Of a stretch of DNA of 64,000 nucleotides, positions 13,404 through 24,094 are shown piece by piece. Position numbers and translations under genes: made by a program. The stretch comes from Macrostomum hystrix (taxonomy: Eukaryota > Animalia > Platyhelminthes), in NCBI GenBank assembly GCA_950097015.1, contig CATNEN010000006.1, forward strand, positions 186,001 through 250,000, read 5' to 3'. Below the pieces are notes generated by a model, which had not been told where the DNA came from, did not search any database, and saw only the letters and a list, made by a program, of their open reading frames with translations. How positions within the stretch are numbered: the first letter of the stretch is position 1; every line of letters begins with the position of its first letter.

Positions 13404-13722
13404 GAGGTTGTCGCCTAGTGGTAAGGGCGTCGGACTCACGACTTGAAGGTCGGGGGTTCGATTCCCGACTCCACTGAAACAATTTGTGTCCTTTAGCAAG
13501 ACACTTAACTCTGCATTGCTTCAGTTCACCCAGCTGTTAAATGAGTACCAGCATCAGCTGGGATAATTGAAGGTGGGTGTGGCGTCCCCCCAGTCCATGG
13601 ACTGAACAGCTGTACGCAGCCTTCAGATGCGCCGCGCAATAGCTGCGGCTGTGCTGTCGGCTGCACATCTGGCCCGATTGGGGCGGGTGTAATCAATTAT
13701 TATTATTATATTATTATTATTA
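13404..13722 (+). mobile_element. tRNA-derived CORE-type SINE (family A)
   Basis: gtcgcctagtggtaagggcg..ggttcgattcccgac head; tgtgtcctttagcaagacacttaactc CORE-like block; (TAT)n tail. Confidence 0.92.
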
Positions 13723-14500
13723 TTAAGCTCGCGTGTAGATTTCCTTTTTGTTTCTTTAACATTATTTACGACTACATACGGTACGGTTTTTGACATGACG
13801 GCTTTTTATAACCTGAAATGAGAATCGCATGTGTTTGGCAGTTAGGCAATCGACGAGGTGGGTTCACAATATTATTAATTTGATTATTTAAAATATATGA
13901 ACTAATCATCATCCCACTGTTATCTAGACAGTATATAGGCCCTGAAGGCGTTAAAGTTAATTTTAGTTACCAAATTTTATGAAATTTAAATTTAAATTTA
14001 AATGAAATCGAAATGAAATGAAGTTAATGAAAATTAGCTTCTAATTTTTTAGTAAACATTTTCTTTGTGAAAGTTGGTTCTGCATAAGTCCGTAAAAGTT
14101 AATCTTGTCCGTTATTGTTACACCCAGTTGTCTTTAGATTTAATTTAAAATATATACTATACTACAGATACTATACTGTAGGATACTATACTACAGATAT
14201 CCACTTTATAGATGCGTATCAATAGCAAAAAACTGCTTTTCAACTTTCTTGGCTTAGTGTCATCGTAAAATCTTCAGATACGAGTATTTAACATATATGG
14301 TATTTTTTGTTATTATATACTATTTAGTACAATTACAAATCGATTTCTGAACGTCAATTTGAATATTTCTTTACTGTTAAACATTTGACAAACTGAGTTT
14401 AATTGTTTAGTAATTGGAAAAGCATGAAAGAAAGCAGGGTACTCTTATCAGGTCTTGACTCTTATTAAAATTATTTCTAATTTCTAATTATTTATTACTA

Positions 14501-14948
14501 TGTGATGCTCCCGGTGTGGACCCAGGTGAAATTAATAACCACAAACACGGCGAATATGTGTGTAGCGGTAGCTCTCAGACAATGACGGTAACAGTAGGCG
14601 ATGACGATCTCAATGTAGGATTGAATCCCTTCTTGCACTGCGGCGGGCAACAATTATGAAGTAAGGATAACAGAGGCTGAGATGCCGGTGCCTAAGGCGT
14701 GGCGAGATAGGATGGCGGTGCACTTCTGAGACTAGAAGGCTAGGTGGCGTGGTACAATGGGTTCTGGACACTAAGAAATGCCGGCCGGTAAATAGGGTAA
14801 ATAGGACTCTCCGACCATTGCAGACGGCGGAAGGGAGAGCGAGAAGTATCTGTCTGGCTGTCCCCAGCTCGTACAGTAGCGCCGGTCCAGCTCCCCAAAG
14901 CTAAAGCGACAAGATCTCTCCTTTCCTTGCTCTTGTGCAGCGTGCACA
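14501..14948. mobile_element. Possible solo LTR (TGTG...CACA) abutting the truncated piggyBac
   Basis: GC-richer 448-bp block beginning TGTGATG and ending GTGCACA; no matching TSD and no second copy in the window. Confidence 0.3.
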
Positions 14949-14954
14949 AAACAA

Positions 14955-16152
14955 CTAGATGCCTGACCAGCAGCTGTCGATCGATGAGACTCTGCTTATG
15001 TACAAAGGACGGGTACAGTTAAGCCCAGTACATCCCATCCAAGAAGAGCAAGTACGGAATCAAGCTGTATCGCCTATGTGAGGCCAAGTCTGGATTACCT
15101 ATGGAACTTTGCCGTCCACACGACGCAGCAGGAAAATACCAGATTCGTTGCTGGACTACCGCTCATAGACTGCGGAGCACTGTCTTTCAGCGAGCGAGTC
15201 GTCGCCGAGCTGTGCCGTGACGTTTTGCACCTCGGCCAACACATCTTCACCGACAGCTGGTTTACGTCGCATCGACTAGCTCTGTGACTGCTGGCCCGTG
15301 ACACCATGCTCACCGGCACCGTGCGCTAAGATCGTGGATCGGCACCACTGCTGCGAGGCTCTAACCTGCGCTCTACATCATCAGCATTCTCTAGGTGCGG
15401 CAGTGTGCTAGCGTGCAAGTTTGTTGACTCCAAGAGCAGCGCCAAAAGACTGTACCTACTTGACACGGCTGGCACTGCACAATGTCACGATGTTCGCCCT
15501 GATGGTCAGCTGCAAGTCAGCATCACCATGTAGTCGTTACATGGGTGGGTTGGACCACATGGACTCTAGCATGAGTCCCTACATGGTGGAAGTCATTGCG
15601 CTGGTTTAACAAGCTGGTCTTCCATATGATTTGTTATACTAGTCCGCAACGCTTAAATCGTGTACAACTTTCACGGTGGCAGCATGAACTTCCTGCACTT
15701 CCTCCGCAAGGCACTGGACATTCCGGTTGCGGAGACCGGCGTTGCCAAACGCTGAGGTAGCCCTCTGGCTGCAGCAGCGGGGCCAACTGGCTCAGGTAAC
15801 GGGCCTCCTGCTGCTGGTGGCGGTCCCAGACATTCGCCCAGCAAGGCGCACATGGAAGCTAGGACCCCTGATCCGGCCTCGCAAGCGGTGCAGTGTGCAA
15901 GAAGCGGACAGTTTTCGTCTGTGCCGCATGTCCGGGGATGCCAGCCCTGTGCTTAGGCGCGTGCTTCAGGGCCAGGCATTGACGTCTATTCTCTGTTTTT
16001 TACTTTGAGAACAGTTTATTATTTTTATGGTGACCGTCGGGAACGCGGTATAAAATCTAACGATGTTGCTCTAGACTTATAATTTGTTTCTGCCATCTCG
16101 CCCGGATGGTACCAGAGTGGACAAAAACTGCCACCCGCCTGGCTTAGGTTAA
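14955..16152 (+). mobile_element. Decayed piggyBac-like (PGBD4-type) transposon, 3' half with right end and TTAA
   Basis: PDQQLSIDETLLMYKGR / QYIPSKKSKYGIKLYRLCEAKSG / IFTDSWFTS / YMGGLDHMDS correspond to the DDD motifs, followed by a Cys-rich tail remnant. Ends ..GGCTTAGG|TTAA (16149-16152). Multiple frameshifts. Confidence 0.88.
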
Positions 16153-17197
16153 GAATGTAATGACGAACCACAAGCTTAATTTCTAGTATGGTAAATGTTT
16201 AATTAGAGTTGCCAACAAGAAATATTTTTGAAAACTTAAATACGGAAAGCTGACAACTTTAATGGTTTCGATTTTTCAGCACACTCGCCTTCGTTTTCTA
16301 TGAAGAATTAAGAACTGCGATTCTGAAACCCATATAAAACCGTTATCGTCGCATGAAGTACGAATATTATATTTTACGTATATTGATTTGTTTTCGAAGC
16401 ACAAAAATAGAAAACTGATCATGTAAAGAGTCGATTTGAAACTTTACAGACATGTTGAACAACTAAAACATCGAGCAGTAAAACGCATTTTAGTTAAATA
16501 TTTGCGGTTAGTGAAAATGGTTCAGCAAATCTACTATTAATATAATTATTGGAGTTTCATTGCTTAGAAAACAACACTAAATAGTAAAAAATTGTGCCTT
16601 ATCAGCTATGCCGGTGAGAAAAAATCAAGGCAGACAACTAGTAGTTGGTACTAAATTGTGTCAACTGCAATTACAATTGACACTAATATTGCCTCTAGTG
16701 TCAATAATCATTAGAGAAAATTAGAAAAAGCTGTTAATACACACCTTGATAGGCTATGACTGATTAGCTAGGGTACATATAGCTAAATCAACTAAAAAAT
16801 CATCATGCCAGATCCTCGTACTGTGGCGTGGTCAGAAACTTATTGACAGGGAAATATAGATATAAAACAGACAAAGTCCTGCAAAATGACAATAGTCACT
16901 TAGCGAGAAACACTTAAGAGAAAACAACAAATATTGCACACAAAAACACAAATTAAGTGCCAAATTGTCACAAAAGACAATTGAGATTCCCATACTGCAT
17001 TAAAAAAGTTGCAAAAATGTTTTTTCAGATTTTAATAACACGCAGATAAATATATTGTTATTGCCCGCATATAAATTATAAGATTCTAACAACAAGAAGG
17101 AAGGCTTCTAACAAATAGTGCAACAGCAAAAAGGTCTCAAATTCAAAGTCTAGTCCTAAAGGCCAGAAAATTCCTGAAAGCCAACTACTTCACTAAA

Positions 17198-19792
17198 CTA
17201 CTCACCGTACAAGAAGCTGGCCTTTTCAAAGGCTGTAGGATGCATTGCAATGTCCCGTTCACCGACCGGCTCAGCGTATGAGGCCCGCTCCGACTGGCGA
17301 ACGTACTCCTTGAACTCCTCCTCCTTGGCTTCGGCATTCGGATTGTGCCCCTGCTCGAGCTCCTTCTCCTCCAGGTGGTACGTCTTTGCCGGAGGTCTGT
17401 TCGCGAAATATACCACAAGAACCAGTAGCAAAATTATTACTAAAACACAAACGACAATCACAACTATCATCATTTTCATGCTGGCGTCGGACAAAGGTGA
17501 TTCGGGGCTTTTGAAGTCTAGGTTGACAGAAAGGAAGCTCAGACTGCCAGATGTGTCAAAGTCGGTCGAATAAAAGCACATTGGGTCAGCACGACAGTCC
17601 TTTGAACCCAGAGCGACGACCGGAGCTCCATATCGACTCTTCAACATGTTGACGTTGCCCATGTCAGCTGCATTCTTGTAACGGAAGTTGAACACGGGCG
17701 TCAGGCTGCTTCGCTTCTGCAGCTCAGTGCGCACATCTTCTCGAGTGATGGGAAGTATTTGGTACGTGATGCTCGTGCCGTTCGACCTGATCACAGAAAC
17801 AGTTTCATTCATCAGAATCCTGACGTCAGTGAGCAGGAAGTTGTCAATACGAAGAAACAGGTCCACATCGACCCCGATGTAAGATAGGTGTGCAGAGAAC
17901 TCCGGGCTCAAAGCAAACTTGAATGACGCGCCGTTACCAAGGTTGCACTTTTGAGTCACACAGTCATTGCTCGGATTCAGCACAAAGCTGTCCTTCGTTG
18001 GACGAGGGACGAACACGACGTCACCACCAGTCTGGGCTGCATAGCTAGACATGCCCAACTCCTTGGCATCAGCACTGGGCACACTGGCGTTGCACAAGAA
18101 TCTGTGAGTAAAGTTCGTGCCGAACGAAGCCTGTTGCGGAGGAACGCTTTCGATTGAAACATTCATCAGCTGAAATCCTGATCCCGCTGCTGGATAGCTT
18201 ATGCCGACGGCTGAGCTTCCACTACGGCTAACACGCAAGTTGAAGGCCGCTAGATTCTGCTCGGCCCAATTCACGACACCGCCAGATACGGATGGCAAAT
18301 AGAATTTCGGATCCAACGACACTGAAGATCTCAGTCCGGAGAAACTCACGCCACAACTGTAGGACAAGCTCTCACCTTGCATCGCAAATACCTTCGGAGG
18401 CAAGGTGCCACTATGGCCTCCGATAGTGGTCGCGAATGTCGGCATGGACACGACAGATACGTAGAATGTAAAGCTGACACTTGCAGTCATTCCAGCTGTG
18501 CACCTGTACTCACCAGCCTGAATTGACGAGACATCTTTTGAAAACTCGATGATGTTTGATGTTCTTGAGATCCGGACACCTTGTGTTCCGAAATCACTCC
18601 AGTCGGATGATCTAGGTGGTATGAGTAGCTGACCGTTGCGATAAAAAGTAAACACTGTTGTCGGGTCATCGCAAATGATTGGGCATACCAACTGGGAACT
18701 GTCCATTCCAGAGTAGATGGTAACATTTTCTTGAGTTCCACGCACCAACGTGCACGTTGAGCTCAGTGGATCGGGACACGTTGTGTAGGAAAAGTCTGTG
18801 CTCGGAATTCTACTTCGAACCTCGCTGATCTTTGAGTAGGGCACCACTTCGCCAGAAAAGGACACGGATAAACATATTGCAACATGAGAAGGGTTGACCC
18901 TCTGACTGTAGAATTGAGCAACTGACTTGTACAACTGGCACCTTGCATACCAAAGAATGCCAGTGGTTCTATCAAGAAACATTGTCTTCATTCTCTCTAT
19001 TCCAAAACCCGGAATTTTAGAATCATATGTCGTAAAAAGGAAGCTTCTGTCGTTCTGGGCACTAGAGCAGCCACTCGGGTCAAAGAACAAAATGGCTCCC
19101 ATATTGAGCTTGTGTCTGAAGAAACTTGGTGCTGATTGCAGAGCACTCACGATTCGGTTGTCCAGAAATGTAAAATTGTGAAAGTCACCTGTTCCGAGAT
19201 TCATCCGAGTCATCAGCTGGATAGACGGCTCAGTGAGAAAATGACGCTGATATCCTGCTGGTGTTGGCGAATCTTGGGGGAAATCGCTGATTGGATCCAA
19301 GTTCCAAATAGACAGAGTGTTTGACGTGAGTACTCCGCCACCGGCATACTCCACCCTGGCTGTAATAATCACCTTGGATGAAAACACACCAGAGAATGGC
19401 ACTGAAGAAGTCCCCATTCTAAGCTCGAATTCGTCAGTACTTGTCGACAACGATTTTAAACTAAATCGAATATCATTTGGGATTGTGCAAAGATCGGTGG
19501 AGGTGCTAGTTGTCAAGGAGGCCAGATCAACAGAATCTACAGTTGCTTTAGTGGGACAACTGACAAGCAGTGTTCGCTTAAGACCAGAGCCTCCAGGCAC
19601 GCCATCAACTCGCACCCTAAGAGTGAGTTTGCTATCTTTGCTGAGGAGTGCCATGGAGTTTTGCGATCCTGCCTCCCAGACATCACTCCAGACAAGTAGC
19701 AACTTTGATGCTTCAGAATACACAAACCGAGGCATTCGTTCACAATAGACTGACCAAGTCTGGAGACAAATTAACAGCAATAACAGTTTCAT
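17198..19792 (-). CDS. Ig-receptor family copy C3: 864-aa type I membrane protein (signal peptide, novel N-terminal region, two Ig-like domains, TM, Tyr-containing tail)
   Basis: MKLLLLLICLQTWSVYC signal; Ig-like C..FYRNG..IEF..V..QAGEYRC; second C(SYSC)..C(RFLC) domain; TM IVVIVVCVLVIILLLVLVVYF; many N-x-S/T sites; uninterrupted ORF. Confidence 0.92.
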   Translation of the reverse strand: MKLLLLLICLQTWSVYCERMPRFVYSEASKLLLVWSDVWEAGSQNSMALLSKDSKLTLRVRVDGVPGGSGLKRTLLVSCPTKATVDSVDLASLTTSTSTDLCTIPNDIRFSLKSLSTSTDEFELRMGTSSVPFSGVFSSKVIITARVEYAGGGVLTSNTLSIWNLDPISDFPQDSPTPAGYQRHFLTEPSIQLMTRMNLGTGDFHNFTFLDNRIVSALQSAPSFFRHKLNMGAILFFDPSGCSSAQNDRSFLFTTYDSKIPGFGIERMKTMFLDRTTGILWYARCQLYKSVAQFYSQRVNPSHVAICLSVSFSGEVVPYSKISEVRSRIPSTDFSYTTCPDPLSSTCTLVRGTQENVTIYSGMDSSQLVCPIICDDPTTVFTFYRNGQLLIPPRSSDWSDFGTQGVRISRTSNIIEFSKDVSSIQAGEYRCTAGMTASVSFTFYVSVVSMPTFATTIGGHSGTLPPKVFAMQGESLSYSCGVSFSGLRSSVSLDPKFYLPSVSGGVVNWAEQNLAAFNLRVSRSGSSAVGISYPAAGSGFQLMNVSIESVPPQQASFGTNFTHRFLCNASVPSADAKELGMSSYAAQTGGDVVFVPRPTKDSFVLNPSNDCVTQKCNLGNGASFKFALSPEFSAHLSYIGVDVDLFLRIDNFLLTDVRILMNETVSVIRSNGTSITYQILPITREDVRTELQKRSSLTPVFNFRYKNAADMGNVNMLKSRYGAPVVALGSKDCRADPMCFYSTDFDTSGSLSFLSVNLDFKSPESPLSDASMKMMIVVIVVCVLVIILLLVLVVYFANRPPAKTYHLEEKELEQGHNPNAEAKEEEFKEYVRQSERASYAEPVGERDIAMHPTAFEKASFLYGE

Positions 19793-22700
19793 CTTTGATT
19801 AGCAACTGAAATTTTTTAACAGAACAGTACAGATTCTTGAATAAAAACTCAATGTTTAAAATAGAATATAAGTATACTTCATCTGCCAGGTTGTTTGCTT
19901 GCTGTTTCCTATTGAACTGTTGGTTTATACAAATATCTAGAATAGAAAAATAGTTAGTCTATTGTTTAGAAATGATTGTTAGGTCTTTTGCTAATTCTAG
20001 TACATTATAAAATAAAGTGAGTAACATTCATAGTCTACCTAATAAGCTACTTATTGTTATAAAGCCAGCTTTGACCTTACAAATTAGTTAAGTATAGACT
20101 AAAGTATAAATTATTGTTTAGAAACAAGGATGGTTATACTACAAGGTTTTGTGCTTTTATTAAAGAACAACAAAGATCTTGATCTAATTGAAAGAATAGA
20201 ACAAAACTTTTAATTTGTTTTAACACTATATTACATGAGTCACTTGGGTTCATCAGAAGCAGTTCTCTAGTCTAGAGTTCTGCCATAGCTATAGATATAG
20301 CCACTGCCAGTTTCAGAATACAGAGACAGAGTGGTCATACCATAAAGTACTTGTAAGATATGGTTAAGCCTTAGCTCCTATCTTGGCAGTGAAAATTTAG
20401 CTTTTTAGTTTGCTCTTATGGATATACATGCCTTATAGTACAAGATAACAGGCATATAGGAAGCAATAGGACAGGAGGTAAAAGTAATTTATTGAAGTTC
20501 ATTTAGAATTACCATCCCTTAGGTAGGCACTGTAGAATTTAAATATTGGATATATAATAGATAGGCAACACTACAATATGATTTTGGAGATATAGATGTG
20601 GATACACTTTTGAATTACAATTGAGCAACAATTTTAGACCCTATTTTTCAATATATTTTCATTTTATATTTTATATTTTATATTTTCAATTTCACTACAG
20701 TCATTTATGCTGTAAGTCCCCTGATTAGAATAAGTGAATAAGCCATTGTGCTGAATAACATCCCCTGATTAGAATAAGTGAACAAATAGCTATTTTGGAC
20801 TTTTCTGGTGTTACATTGCAGCCATTGTGCTGAATAACATTTTGCTGTTGACACCAAGATTCATAAATGCTGTGTTATGTTGCATTTCTGAGCTACAATT
20901 TTAGATCTTAAGTTGCGTGTCTACAGGTTTTCTACACTTATTCCTATAATGGTGAGTCACTAAGACTAAGACTAGTACAAAGTAATATGCATGGTGTGGC
21001 AATTTTTGTAACGGCATTTTTTGTGTACTACTTGACCTTTAAAAAAAATGTACCTAGTGTATTCCAGCTCTCCTGAAAGTGCCCCAGAAATTTCTAGTAT
21101 ACATGACATGATCCTATTTATATTATTGAACCAAGATGTCTATTCTAAAATAGTTTTAGTATTAGTCATTAGAAAACAACTTGCAACCTTAGCGTGATTC
21201 CTAAAAATTCTTGACTTCAGCTGTCTAGCAGCCCTAGCTGTCATCTAGCTAGCTACTTTTGTCAAAAGTATTTTAGTAAATTATAATATTTAATACTGTA
21301 TTACCAGTTAGCCACAAAATATGTAATGCTGGCGTCCTTATTTTTTATAATTAAAATGCTATTGAATCCATTTTTACTATGTAGGTACATACAAGTACTA
21401 TTACCACATGGGCTCTACCTCTAAACAAATTTTAGTTTTCATTTTCATGCTACTTTCTGTTCAGTAGAAATATAAACATTTAAATGTATTTTCGTTATCA
21501 ACATGAAAATTTTTATGTAACTAGAACTTTTTTGTACTATATCTAATGACAGAATACTTAGCAAGCAAGCAAAAAAGCACTCTCAAAAGAGGCATCTGCA
21601 TGAACTTGCAAACCTTGACTCTGAGGTGTAGTAGGACCCACTTTTGGCAGACTTACGTGTGTTTGGCAATGTCAAAGTGCCCTGCAAACATTGCATCCAG
21701 CTCTTGGATGTCTTCTTGACAGCATATTCAAGGTTGTCAAGGAGCCTTTAATGCAGTTATATAGCATTCATGCCCCATGCATAGCAAGGCTTGCATAGCA
21801 GAGTATAGCCTCTGCTTCATAATCATGGCTAGGGTAATGTATCATCAACCAAACAAGAATGTGTATTTTTTTTAACTTCAAACCTAAGCTACAGATTTTC
21901 TATTTAAGATATGATGATAAATCAAAAGCCAAGTTATAAAAAACAGACTTTACATCTTTCTAAAAATTATCTGCTTTTGCTATTTTATCAAATAGAAAAA
22001 AGTTATTCCAGCTTTTTATCTAAAACTGAACAATGATTTTAGTGTATCTTCAAACCAAACAGAGAATTTGATGTTTGGTTTTACAATTTGAGTGAGTGGT
22101 TTAATCCTATTTTAAGGAGTAAACTATCATGAATTATGTAATTTGAAAGCATTTTTCATGCTCTATAAGTAACTACATTTATGGTCATTTAATTGGCAAG
22201 CAACCACATACAATCTTTGTCTAAAGTATATACTGAAAAAAATGTTTGTTAAAAAGTATGCTTTTGCAATAAAAATTTCTACTGAAACATCTATATCTTT
22301 CTTTCCTCTTAATGCTTCATTGCACATCATGCCTCAGCTTGTAGATAATTTCTCCAACTTTCAAATTAGTTGTTCTGGGAAACACAATAGCTTGTTTCTG
22401 ACTTGCATGAGACCAAGGAAGAAGTCAAAATTCTTGTTCGGTTTTGAAGATACACTGTTTGGTTGATGATACATTACCCTATCCTTTGTGGTACCAGAAT
22501 GCTAAAGCTCTTTATGATTATATTTTACATTGCTTCACAATGGATCATTTAATTATATCGAAAAAAACTTTAGTTACTTACTAGCTAACTGCTAATAGCT
22601 AGGCCTAAATTGCCTAATTGGGCTTTGGAGTTTAGAGTTTAGAATTTGAAGTCTAGTAAGAAAATAACGTAGGCCTATTATTATTAATGTATTAACATAT

Positions 22701-23308
22701 TTAGGCATAACTATAGATTTCACAGTTGTAATGCTTTTATATGTACGACTGATTTAGAATTAAATAAATGAAGCTGTAATTGTAATAAATATATTAGACT
22801 CTGTATAAGGAACAAAACATAGTGATATGCTATGTATATGTGTAGGCCTATGCCTATCATTTAGCCATCATACGAATTACTAGTACTGAATCAATAATGT
22901 TCCAGCTAGGCATTAGTTGAAATATATTTTAGGCCTACTATTGAAAGAATCCCAAAAAAGAAATGTGTTGCTAAGCTAAAAGGGCTTTACAGCAACTTTA
23001 TAAAGAGTAACCTGGAATAAAAAAACTTCTTGAGAAAGCCGAACGGTGTGACCTGCTTTTTAAAATCTAGGAAGTCGTAAATAATGAAAAGGTTGCACTT
23101 AATGCGGAAATGTTATTATAAAACTTGGTCATTTTAGATCTATGAGATTTTAGATTTCCTGAAGCAATTAAAAGTAAATAGCTAAGAAACTGTTCGAAAA
23201 TTTCCTGAACATTGCAGATTTGTTTAAATCGCCACAGAAATACATTAATTTAATTAAATATGTTTAAATTTGATTTCCATGAATATGATGGTCCTTGAAG
23301 CTTGAAGT

Positions 23309-23738
23309 CAGTGCGTATCTAGGGGGGATACGGGGATCTATCCCCCTATTTTGCTAACTTATAATGAATGCGAAGGATGGAATTTTTTATTTTTATATTA
23401 TAAAATATTGCTCTCTCATCGATGACGTCAATCAATCATCACTTAAATACTCGTGTTTTTTGTTAAGCGAATTAGTGAAGCCAATTACATGATGACGAAT
23501 GACGATAGATCAGATTCAGATGTATGGATGGGGTTGTAATTGTAATCGAAAGGTATCAATTCACCTTATAATAATTGACTATCCTGGTGCTGTATGGCGT
23601 CAAGACGTTTTAAACTTTGTTCTTAATTAATCATCTGAACTAAAGCACGCGCTTGCTTTTTTGCTGACACAATTAAAAATGATTTTGTTATACTAATAGC
23701 ATTTATCCACCCATTTCAAGATCCTAGCAACGCCACTG
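23309..23738. mobile_element. MITE with CAGTG(G)CGT..CTAGG terminal inverted repeats
   Basis: Starts cagtgcgtatctagg, ends cctagcaacgccactg; absent from the paralogous site near 39745. Confidence 0.65.
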
Positions 23739-24094
23739 GTCCGATGAGCGTTACGAGGTAGTTTAAAATCGGTTCTCACACGGCCTGGCTATATAACGAT
23801 CTTTATAATGTATATAGTATAGGGTCTCGCAATATGAAATGCGGCGTGAAAAGATGCATACACAAATTTATTATCAAAAGTTCTTAATTTTTACGAGCTA
23901 TATTTAGCGTGTGGAGGTGCGAGAGCGTGGCGTGAGTCAAAAACACCCCCGGCTTAGCGCGCCGGCAGGCGCGGTGCACCCACCCCTCGTCTAGGCGGCC
24001 GGGGTTTGAGTGTGAATGCACCGCAGACGGCGCTGCGTGCGGGCTTGACCGCCACACGGCTTCCCCGAGCACCGAGCTAGGCTCTGAACGTCGT

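Noticed and set aside
17198-19792. C3 as a simple unequal-crossover hybrid of C2 and C4
   Set aside because: That model predicts a 5' end from C2 and a 3' end from C4. The reverse is seen, and both C3 flanks match C4, so duplication plus conversion fits better.
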